DNA of 64,000 nt from Eledone cirrhosa. Its lineage: Eukaryota. The stretch spans positions 274,040,001 to 274,104,000 of the forward strand of contig OZ024742.1 of assembly GCA_964016885.1 (NCBI GenBank), read 5' to 3'. Positions within the stretch are counted from its first letter, which is position 1; each line of letters opens with the position of its first letter. The position numbers and the translations under genes are program-made. This document shows, one piece after another, positions 39,831 to 51,249 of the stretch. The notes under the pieces are model-generated. The model was not told the DNA's origin. It was given only the letters and a program-made list of their open reading frames with translations, and made no database searches.

Positions 39831-41169
39831 TATACATTATGTCAACACCATCATATGACATACACACACACACATAACACCTTCTACTTTAGAAAATAAA
39901 AACCCGAACTAAATAAACCTTAACATACGTTTGCACTGACAATACGAATAAGTAAGGAAAATATGTTCATTCAAAAATATTCCTACTAAAGGAATCACTT
40001 TCCTACACACACATATACACACACACACAATATATATATATATATTCTCTTCATCTTAACATGCTAACCATACTCCCACACACATAACACCCATACACAC
40101 ACATAACAACCCCCACACCCACAACTCCCTCCCCATTTCTACTAATAGAACCACTTTCCTACACACATATATATACACACACACAAAATATATATTCTCT
40201 CCCTCTTAACATACTCGCACACACACACATAACACCCATATACACACACACACAACTCCCTCCCCCATTTCTACTAATAGAATCATCTTCCAATACACAC
40301 AAACACACACAAACACACACATACACACACACAAGCACACAAATAAACATACATATCTTCACTTCAATAGAAAATCTGAACTCGACACCCCAGCGAACTA
40401 ACCATATTCACTGAACCAGAACAATCCCTTTTCTCTTGACCACTATCTGTCCATTGTCATAACATTCGCTATAAAGAATAGTTTTCCAAATAAGGGCGCA
40501 AAAATGTAATGAAAACTTGTTCACGTGACAGCCAAATTTCATTTATAACCAATCAATTCACGTTTATTAAAAAAAAGCCTTCGTGAGACACCTTTTTCTA
40601 AAGTAAAGAAATTCAAACACACACGCACACACACACACGCACACACACACATACAAGCACACAAATAAACACACATATCTTTACTTTCTTTATTCAATAG
40701 AAAATCTGAATTCTGACACCCCAGCGAACTAACCATTTTCACTGAACCAGAACAATTCTCCCATCCCTTTCTCTTGACCATTATCTTTTTATCAAAAAAT
40801 TCTCTAAAAAGGCTACAGAATGGATTTCCAAATAAGGGCACAAAAATTTAATGAAAATTTGTTCACGTGACAGCCATAATTCCATTTATAACCAACCAAA
40901 AAAATAGCCTTCTTGAGCCTCCTTTTTTCAAGTAAAAAGAAATTCAAACACTCATATATGAAAAAACAACCCGTGACAACCCCCCCCCCCCCTTATTTGA
41001 AGAACTATTGTAACGCGAACTGGCGCGAAATTTATTATAATTATTGACAAACCAATCAAATTACTTCTCGAAAAACCTGGCATTTCGAGCCACTTTTTCC
41101 ATATAAAACAAGTAATATTCAGAGACCAACCAGATGTGAGAGAAACCACAGACCCTCCATCTCAACTCA

Positions 41170-41207
41170 CCTTTTGAAAAGCAGAAGAACTGCGAAACCG
41201 GTAAAGG
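41170..41207 (+). ncRNA. Minimal hammerhead with U3-A8 core (family D); mirror copy at 35796-35833 (-)
   Basis: CCTT-TTGAAAA-GCAG AAGAA CTGC-GAAA-CCGG-TA|AAGG. Confidence 0.75.
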
Positions 41208-41444
41208 AACCAAATAAATATATATATTTTAAAAAAAAATAAGACTCCAGTTGCATTTTCGATTTCATCTCTTTTTCTTTATACTTTCACTCGTGTAGGA
41301 CACCTCGGTTATTTTTCATTTTGTAAAAAAAACCTCACTTTCTAATATATATATATATATATATAATAAACAATAAATAAATATATATAAATATATAGAT
41401 ATATATATATTTATATATATATAAGGTTTATAACTGATATAAAG

Positions 41445-41515
<71 letters not shown>

Positions 41516-41525
<10 letters not shown>

Positions 41526-41919
41526 TAAACGGAATAGAAAATGCTGACAAATTGTTCACAGTTGAAAAATGGTTTAATTAGGAATAAAAGATTATTAGTA
41601 ATTGTATGGGTTAGTATTCAGTTGTGGTTTTAAGTTTTTAAGTTTTTACCGGTTGCGCATTTCTAAATGCTTTTCAAAAATAATTTTGAGATAGAGTGTC
41701 CGTGTTGTTTGCTCTGATCAGGGAAAACAACACGGACACTCTATCTCAAAATTATTTTTGAAAAGCATTTAGAAATGCGCAACCGGTAAAAACTTAAAAA
41801 CTTAAAACCACAACTGAATACTAACCCATACAATTACTAATAATCTTTTATTCCTAATTAAACCATTTTTCAACTGTAAACAATTTGTCAGCATTTTCTA
41901 TTCCGTTTACCAATATATA
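41516..41919. mobile_element. Fold-back palindrome with two opposed family-D-like hammerheads
   Basis: Arms of ~200 bp centred on CTGATCAG. TTGAAAA-GCATTT AG AAATGC-GCAA-CCGG-TA at 41755-41791. Confidence 0.8.
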
Positions 41920-41948
41920 ATAACTTGTGTGTTACACCTCTATTCTTT

Positions 41949-42024
<76 letters not shown>

Positions 42025-42115
42025 GTTTATATCAGTTATAAACCTTTAAGCTTGTTAGAATCCCAACAAATTAAGTATAACTTCTGCATATATATATATA
42101 TATATATATATAGAT

Positions 42116-42176
42116 ATAGGAACGAGTAGGACCCCGACGGCTTGAGCTCAGCCGTCGGGGTCCTACTCGTTCCTAT
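42116..42176. repeat. Short palindrome centred on a hammerhead stem III (family F)
   Basis: ATAGGAACGAGTAGGACCCCGACGGC-TTGAGCTCA-GCCGTCGGGGTCCTACTCGTTCCTAT. The unfolded version GAAACGGCTTGAGCTCAGCCGTC is at 47464. Confidence 0.8.
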
Positions 42177-42252
42177 TACCCACTCTACTACCCTAAGTAT
42201 TGAGTACTTTGGTGCGTTATGGTCCACCTGGTTCCTTACCACATTTCCTTCG

Positions 42253-42296
<44 letters not shown>

Positions 42297-42380
42297 AAAG
42301 TTATATTTAAATTGTTGGGTTACAACTAGTAAATATTTATAACTGATATAAAAACACTCAACAAGTATTTGGAGTATATT

Positions 42381-42752
42381 TACGATATTAAATAAATGGA
42401 AACTATATTTATAAAACCATATTTATTTCATTATATATATTTCAGGGATATCATATTAACAATACGTTATGCCTTCCTCAGACAAAATACAATATAGACA
42501 GTTTTATAGATAAATAGATTTGACATACCGTTCAACATCGACTTGTATTTGAAAAAGTTGATTTGGCTGCCAAATCAACTTTTTCAAATACAAGTCGATG
42601 TTGAACGGTATGTCAAATCTATTTATCTATAAAACTGTCTATATTGTATTTTGTCTGAGGAAGGCATAACGTATTGTTAATATGATATCCCTGAAATATA
42701 TATAATGAAATAAATATGGTTTTATAAATATAGTTTCCATTTATTTAATATC

Positions 42753-42755
<3 letters not shown>
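42381..42755. mobile_element. Perfect fold-back palindrome (187-bp arms) with two opposed family B hammerheads
   Basis: Centre T at 42568. Hammerheads at 42647-42712 (+) and 42424-42489 (-), with CTGAGGA core. Confidence 0.85.
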
Positions 42756-42781
<26 letters not shown>

Positions 42782-42787
<6 letters not shown>

Positions 42788-44945
42788 CTTGATCACCTTG
42801 ACCGACCAGTCTGTCGGGCGTCCATTCGGCATCGCTGGTCAAAGCACGCCGTCCATTCCTCTCTGGATTGTGTTTCCTCATCCATGTAGTCCCAATTGTA
42901 TTCTTCAAACCGTAACCCCCCCCCCTCGCGGAGGCCTTCCGAGTGGTCGTTTCCGCTCGCGCGGGTACCACTCGGCAACTGCGCGACTCTAACCGATTAT
43001 CGGTGAACCGGGCATATATTCTGTGATGACGTCCCTCACGCCGGACCTCTGTCTGATGACTTCGCTCCTGATGTGCTCTGTCAACGAGATTCCTAGCATT
43101 GATCACTCCATGGCTCTTTGAGCCATTATCAGCCTCTGCTCTTCTCTCTCCGTTGTAGCCCAAGTTTCACTGCCATATAACATTGCAGGTAAAACTGTAC
43201 AATTAAAGAGGTCGACGCGGGTGGTCTTGTCCAACCTCCCCTTGAGCACATCCGTTATGCCGTTCAACGCCTTCCATCCGGCCCTGACTCTCCGCGAGAT
43301 CTCCCTCTCAATGTCTCGGCGCATGTTCACTTCTTGTCCCAGGTAGACGTATTCCTCCACCTCCTCTATTTCATCACCGCCAACCACCATTCGACCTGTT
43401 GGTACGTTGTCCGACCGCATGATCTTCGTTTTCATGCGGTTTATCTTGAGGCCTACTGCAGAGATTTTGATGTCGAGCTTCGTCAGCATGGTCTGAAGCT
43501 GATCCGTGGTTTCAGCGATGAGTACGATGTCGTCAGCGAAACGGAGATGGGTAAGTATCGCGCCGTTGATGTTAACATCGCCTTGCCAGTCAATGCCTCT
43601 GATGATCTGCTCGAGACACGCGGTGAAATGTTTTGGAGAGATTGTATCTCCTTGCTTCACTCCCTTCTCAACCGGCACTCTTACGGGTGATGACAGAAGA
43701 GCTATGTCGGTGGTGCATCCGGAACCCGCCTCCGATGGAAAAGGTTTGCGAAGACTTCTACACCAAGCTCTTCAAGTTTGCCGGGAATGTGCAGCCGCTG
43801 CCGTCACTCCAAAAGGAAGAAAATGTGCCACCCATCCTCGTCGGTGAGGTCGAAAGGGCCGTCGGTCTGATGAAAAGCGGAAAGGCGCCAGGGAAAGACG
43901 GCATAACATCGGAGGTGTTGACGTCAGGCGGAGAGCAGCTCTGGAAAATCCTCGCCGAGCGATTCACACACTATCCTGGACGAGGGAAGAATACCCTCGC
44001 AGTGTAAAGAGTCGAATACCATCCTCTCTATACAAGAGGGGCGACAGAGTTGATCTGAAGAACTACCGACCCATATGCCTGCCGTCTCACGTGTAGAAGC
44101 TGTTCACGAAGATAATTCTGAACAGGATATCACGTCATCTGGACGAACAGCAACCGAGAGAGCAAGCCGGCGTCCGGAAAAACTACAGCACGATGGACCA
44201 CATATTTACTCTGACACAGCTGCTTGAGCGAGCAAAAGAGTACAAGATGCGTCTTTGCGTCGCGTTCGTAGACTACAAGAAGGTCTTCGACAGCGTTGAA
44301 ATCAACGCAGTGCTGAACTCGCTGCAGAGGCAAGGAGTCGAGACGCAATACGTTCAACTGCTCAGGGATCCAAATTCTGAGCACCGAAACGAGATTGACT
44401 ACAACTTGGTCGACAAGCCACACATACTACAGGACGTCTCCGTCATAACGCCATTCAACACTGGCAGTGATCATCGTCTGGTGAGGGCGAGGATCGTCAT
44501 CGACCGAACGAGGTAGATGAAGGCGCTGCATTTGGCGTCGAAGGGAGAACGCGTCCGGGTCTTCAACGATTCAACGAGGCGCAGCTGCAGGAAGCCATTA
44601 TGCAGGAAAAGTAGCGTCAAGGAGACGGCATAGACGCTAACTACGACTTACTGATAAGGAAACTGAAGGAATGCTTGATGAAGGCTAAGGGTGTGTACCC
44701 GAGGGAGCGGAAGGGAAGAGTCTCGGAGGAAACTATGAAGTTGCTTGAGAAGAGGAAGAATATGAAGTGGACGCCTGAAGATCACCTCGAATATTCCCTT
44801 CTCAGCAGAGTGATACGTCAACAACTGAAGAGAAACTTCGAAGTATACCGGATGGAGAAGCTCCGGAAGGCCGCAAAGGAAAAGAAGAGGCTCAAGAAAT
44901 GCGAGAGGGACATGACAATGTACAGATCGGAGGTGACGCCCCTGA
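42782..44945. mobile_element. Rearranged RTE-clade LINE (three permuted or inverted segments)
   Basis: Minus 42782-43724: KGVKQGDTISPK, HLRFADDI, YVYLGQ. Plus 43725-44377: KAPGKDGI, VDYKKVFDSV. Plus 44378-44945: NEIDY, GSDHRLV. Confidence 0.9.
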
Positions 44946-44948
44946 AAA

Positions 44949-44977
<29 letters not shown>

Positions 44978-44980
<3 letters not shown>

Positions 44981-47250
44981 ATATAAGATCAAATGATGGT
45001 TAAAAGAGTTCCATGTATTTTATTATGCGCATTTCAAAAACAAATATCATCATGCCATGACATTTGCGTTTTCATCAGATAAAATAGGGAGACATGATAT
45101 GAAGGTTAAAAAACACTTGTGAATAGTGCAGTTTTAAATCAACATATGAAAAGTAGTTTAAGATTGATGTGTGATATTGGGAAAAAAATGAGGGTGAGGT
45201 TGGAAAGGATGAAAAAGAGGAGGAGATGAGAGTAAAGAATGGAGGGGGAGGAGTATAATAAGGAAGGATGAGATAGGAGGAGAGATGGGTGATAGAAAGA
45301 GAGAGATAGCCTTTATAAGTGAGAAAAATATATTGTTTTACAGAGAGAGGTTAAAAAGCCGTTGGAAGATAATATATAGATTAAAAGAATTTTAAAAATA
45401 ATGAAGAGAAAAAAATTAAGAATAATGTTAAATTAAGGTTTGTATATTGAAGGGTTTAATAATATGTGCGATGAAAAGAAATTGTTAATATGTATTAAGA
45501 ATAATATTAAATTAAGGTTTGAATATTGAAGGGTTTAATAATATGTGCGATGGAAAGAGATTGTTGATATTTATTATTAAAATAAAAATATTAATGTTAA
45601 AAATAAAAATAAAAATGTCTAGAGACGAAGATAAGGTTGAAATCCTACGGCTAATATTAGGAATAAGATTTTTAAAACTATAGGAGGATGGCAAGACTCT
45701 TTGTGTATGTATCTTAGATTCTCGTTAGGTTTATGATGAGGTTTAAAAGAGGCAGTAAGAAGATCAAGATTAATGTCAAGAAAGTTCGCATTAGTAAGGT
45801 TCGTATCAATAGTAATTTTAAGGTTAAGTTTAGCAAAAGTATTGATTAAATCCTTACGGAATTTATCAAGGTTATGGCCGTTGGTGATATGAGAAACTGC
45901 CAATCCGTCGTCTCGGTATAAACCGATATTATGGGAGGGAAATTTCTCTTTAAGGGTATGGAGAAGGAATAATCCTACTAAGTCGCACACATCAGCACTG
46001 TCATATGAACCCACCGCAACGTCACAAGAGTTTTCAGGGCTTGACTTTTTAACCCAATTGTTTTCATTAGTAAAAAGTAGAGTTTTCCTAGCATGAAAGA
46101 TAATGTCCTCTTCTAATTTAGAGATATTAATGAAAGGTCTTGCACAATCTAAGGCTTTTGTTAATAAGGAAACAGTAATAGAGGGGTAAAAATCAACAAT
46201 ATCAAATTGGGTAAATCTACACTTATTTTACCTTCTATATTATTAAACCAAGAAATAACAGACGTATTTAACCATTGTGATAAATCAGTCTTAGTTCTAA
46301 TTTGGAGTATTATTTTTCTTAAGATTTTTTTTTACTTGCAAGGCCAACTTCAGATTTAGCCGGGTTAATTAGTCTACAGCTAGGTCGATTAGTGAAGTCG
46401 GACTTATGGTCTTTAAGGGTAATGTATACTTTACGTTTATCTTGGCTTTCAATCCGGTTGTCTATTTTTAAAAAGCTGGCTATGTCTTTAGCTTCTTTAT
46501 TAATGGTATTGTAGGTGTTATTATTAGCTAATTGATATATGTTGGTGATACTATCGTTAAGAGTTGGTTATACAAAATACTATTTACTTCAAAGAGATTT
46601 TTAGTTTTGTCGGAAAGAACAAAAGTGTCTGTAGAATTTTTAAAATTAGAAATATCGTTAGAAAATTTAGTTTGAAAGTTATTGTTGTACTTACGAAATT
46701 TTATTTCACTAAATAAATTAACAAGGTCTAATTCGACGTTGGCCATGTCTTTAATTCTAGGTGGGTATTTACGGGATTTAATATCAAAACAATCATTTGT
46801 ATCAGCACTGAATAGTCCATCGTAAACCATTGCCTTCCATCTCATTCTTTTAACGACTTGTTCGATTTTATCTATAAGCAGTTTGGTATAAGTTGTGTTG
46901 GAAGGAGTAGGTATATTTTTGATAGAATAATCTAATTCATAAACGTCCATGGTGTATGTTTGTTAATTTCCTGAAAACTGTAGAGTGCTCAAATTATCGG
47001 GCTGGAAAGTGCCAATAATATATGTAATATAGAATATGATTCAATCAATCCCGGTTGGAGCTGTATAAATGAAGTAATTCCTTTGGAAAGGTGCGGGAAA
47101 AAAGAGTGCTCTATGTAGGTTACAGGGCTTAATAGTTATGTAATAAACAACATAAGATAATTATTTCATTTTCCAGTGGTTTCTTGAAAGCAAACAAATC
47201 TGCTTTCAGTCAACAGAATGGAAAAATCCTGGTGTTTTTATTGGTGTCTA
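44978..47250 (-). mobile_element. Nematis-type PLE with N-terminus and RT, EN not recognisable; hammerheads at both ends
   Basis: MDVYELDYSIKNIPTPS...KRMRWKA, GSYDSADVCDLVG, GLYRDDGL, NFLDI. Family A hammerhead at 45016-45086; degenerate one at 47169-47225. Confidence 0.9.
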
Positions 47251-47264
47251 TATATATTTATTTA

Positions 47265-47356
<92 letters not shown>

Positions 47357-47378
47357 TATATATATTTATATTTATATA

Positions 47379-47446
<68 letters not shown>

Positions 47447-47503
47447 GTCCAGAATTAGCCGTCGAAACGGCTTGAGCTCAGCCGTCGGGGTCCTACTCGT
47501 TCC

Positions 47504-47538
<35 letters not shown>

Positions 47539-47677
47539 GTATGTATATATATATATGTGTGTGTGTTTGTGTTCTCCTCTTCCTTCAGCCTCTCTTTCAT
47601 ATTCCTTATATTTTTGTTTTCAAAATGCACATTCAATAAAAACACCATGATGTTTTCACTCTGATGACTGAAAGCAG

Positions 47678-48811
47678 ATGTCAAACCACCCCAAATCCAT
47701 AATTAGATCCATAGCACGTAGTATATCCCTCCGAATATCCCGCTTATCCTCAAACCTAGAAATCTTTAACGATCATGCTGACTATTATAATGCAGCATCA
47801 CGTAGGGCCGGTCATAAAGATAAACTGCAGTATATAGTGAATAAAGACAGCGTAAACAATCCTAGTAATTACTACTCCAACCGCTCACATAATAATAGGA
47901 ATAACTTGACTAGACATAGGGTTAGACACGTAACATCTGGGGTAAACGGCCAAAACACTAATAACGTAAACCCAAGAAACATTAGAAGAAACAGACAAAG
48001 AAAATACCTATGGTTCAACCCAATATTCAACTCCTCTATAAAAACTAGACTGCCCTCAACATTCTTTAAACTAATAGATAAACACTTCCCTATCTCGCAT
48101 AGATATCACAAAATACTCAATAGATCTACTATAAAACTCTCAAACTCAACAGCAGCAAACATAGAATCACACATACGCAAGATCAACCACAGAAATATCT
48201 CTAGTAAATCAACTGCACCTATACATAACGTAGTACCAAATTATAAGCACAAACACATCACAACATCACAACCACAAGCGCATACAAACGCTCAGCAGCA
48301 AAACCCCATTGGGCATATATCACAACCCACTTATAACAGAGTACTAAACAGGAATGTAAAAGCTGCACAAAATAGCGCCTCAAACTGTAACTGTCACCTA
48401 CCAGATAGGTGCCCATTGGCGAACAGATGTCTCGATTCGAGCCTAGTGTACATGTGCACGGTCATCTCGGGTAACACCACCTGGAATTACATTGGATCCA
48501 CCGCGGGTTCTTTTAAAAAAAGATGGTATGTGCACAGGCACTCAATGAAAAACCGTGCACTTATGGGTTCCACAACCCTCGCAAAAAAAATATGGGAACT
48601 GAAGGACAGCAGCACTAACTACAGTATTAACTGGTCGAAGTTGTCGGCTGCTAAAACCTATAGTACAGGTATGTCCCACTGCGGGCTATGTGATCTTGAG
48701 CTATTGTATATCCTCAAAAATGTAAAAAGGCTACTTAACAATAAGTTAGAAAGATCTATCTTCTGCAGACATAGAATTGCCACTAAATTCATAAGATTCA
48801 AACGTCCGTGA
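47678..48811 (+). pseudogene. 5'-truncated Nematis-type PLE: RT thumb, linker and intact GIY-YIG endonuclease (377-aa open frame)
   Basis: SNHPKSI, WFNPIF, ILNRSTIKLS, CNCHLPDRCPLANRCL, LVYMC...YIGST, CGLCDLE, CRH. Confidence 0.9.
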
Positions 48812-49124
48812 ATCGAACCAACACAACATAGCTTTAAATTAGGATACCTACTACCCACAGAAATATATTCATTAAGTATACTCTAGCCTTCACAAGTCTA
48901 TACCACACAAATGTCTGTAAGTACCTCATCAACCCACAAACTTATTCCTTCTCAGCTGCTGCCATCATTTGATCCTAAATCCTAGTTTTTCTCAAATCAC
49001 TACTACAATGTAACTTTACCTTCCTTTTGGCATAATTACAATTAGCACGCTTAACTCTTTGCATGTATGTATATTTGTGTACGAGTGTATATTGATGTGT
49101 ATGTATGTGTCTATGTACACATGC

Positions 49125-49213
<89 letters not shown>

Positions 49214-49925
49214 AATATATGCGTATGTTACCTCCTTAACCTCTGTATTAACTCAACAACTATTTAGCTTTGACAGTGTTGTCCCACTCATGTATGTTAT
49301 TGAAGATGAAAAGAAAGACTGTAAACACTGGCTTATCTTTATAATTTAAAATTGATACACACTTCGATACTCTGTACATGCCAAACTTTTACTTTTGCCT
49401 CATGACAGCTAGTTTTACACGCCGAAATCTTAGATACACTATACCCCCCACCTAAGTAATGTCAGGGTCTCCTCAAATAATTTATTAATAGCATTGTTGT
49501 AATTGTTGTTATTGTTCTAACTGAATGCCATTACTACTTCATATAGTAGCCTGTATATTCTTTTCTTGCCTGTGTATTCTCTTCATTCTCGCATGCTCCG
49601 AAGAACTGACTGGTTATAATTTTGTATTGGCGATCGAGTAACGTGAAAATAAGCGAATAGCGATCTCTAGACCTACCAGTTCAGAGAAACAATTGTCAGC
49701 TATGAGATTAAAAACCTTTTTTGTATAGCAAACCATGTCAACCTTCTTTCCTGATTTATTATTACTCCAAGTGTTTACAACATAGGAATTACAGCATACC
49801 CGCAGCATCACTATGAAAACGCCTTGTTGAGTCAAACCAAGCCAAGCGTTTATATCATCCACTACCTGGAATACCATAACTGGACTATACCTAAGTGGAC
49901 TGCATTTAACTATTATTTGTTACCC

Positions 49926-49986
<61 letters not shown>

Positions 49987-49988
<2 letters not shown>

Positions 49989-51030
49989 ATAGAATGAAAC
50001 GAAATTTCATTTCTCACTCTTAGTACGGCACTTACTTAAATGTAAGTATGTATGTATGTAAACGTACATACATATATGTATACAGACGTACAGTAGTTTG
50101 TACATATATATACATTCATGCACGTATCGGGTTACCGAACATTTATTATAATGCTCGGTTTGTTTGTTTGTAAACAAACACACAGCCCGAATTACGCCGT
50201 ACAGTGTTTAGGCAACCACGTCACATTTTTGTTCAACAATGACACAGGAAGGATGTACTAGTTTCAAGCTTATTAGCTATCGTCAGCATCGTATACCTTC
50301 CTGCTAGATGGTTGAACGTCTGAAAATATATACTTTCCTTATGCATATTAACAGCTTAGCAGCCTAATTTGCATATCGAGTGAGTTCAGTCGGCCGGGCA
50401 CACCGAAAATGATAAATGGAATACAATGAACCGAAATTTCATTTCTCACTGTTAGTACGGCACTTACTTAAATGTAAGTATGTATGTATGTATACGTACA
50501 TACATATATGTATACAAACGTACATTCGTATGTATATATATGCATACATGCACACACATATATATGCACGTATCGGTTTACCGAACATTTATTATAATGC
50601 TCGGTTTGTTTGTTTGTAAACAAACAAACAGCCCGAATTACGCCGTACAGTGTTTAGGCAACCACGTCACCTTTTTGTTCAACACTGACACAGAAACGAT
50701 GTACTAGTTTCAAGCTTATTAGCTATCGTCAGCATCGTATACCTTCCTGCCAGATGGTTGAACGTCTGGAAATATATACTTTCCTTATGCATATTAACGG
50801 CTGAGCAGCCTAATTTGCATATCGAGTGAATTCAGTCGGCCGGGCACACCGAAAACGATAGATGGAATAGAATGAAACGAAATTTCATTTCTCACTCTTA
50901 ATACGGCACTTACTTAAATGTAAGTATGTATGTATGTATACGTACATACATATATGTATACATACGTACAATAGTATGTATATATATACATACATCCACA
51001 CACATATACATGCACGTATCGGTTTACCGA
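49987..51030 (+). repeat. Tandem repeat of ~2.4 copies of a ~430-450-bp unit with Helitron-like internal ends
   Basis: Units start at ~49987, ~50419 and ~50864 (GAATA.AATGAA.CGAAATTTC). Each full unit ends in a TCGG...CCGA hairpin followed by GATAG or GATAA. Confidence 0.85.
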
Positions 51031-51249
51031 AGATTTCACCGTAGGGATAACATATATTTATACATACCTGACAGAAAATGTTCATGGTACGCAGAAAACA
51101 TTTCTCAACTAAATCCCAACGCATGGCACCAGACGCACAATGACAAAGAGCGCGAATCAATGAAACAATAATCGCTCAACAACCTCCCAACAAATTTCTA
51201 CAAATGTAATTTAGTTAACACACCAACAGCAACTTGCAATAGATACACC

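Larger units (their letters stand above)
35720..41283 (+). mobile_element. Neptune-type Penelope-like element with ~930-bp inverted terminal pseudo-LTRs
   Basis: 35720-36648 is the reverse complement of 40356-41283. RT and GIY-YIG fragments lie inside, each repeat carries a hammerhead, and the element is flanked by (TA)n. Confidence 0.92.
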
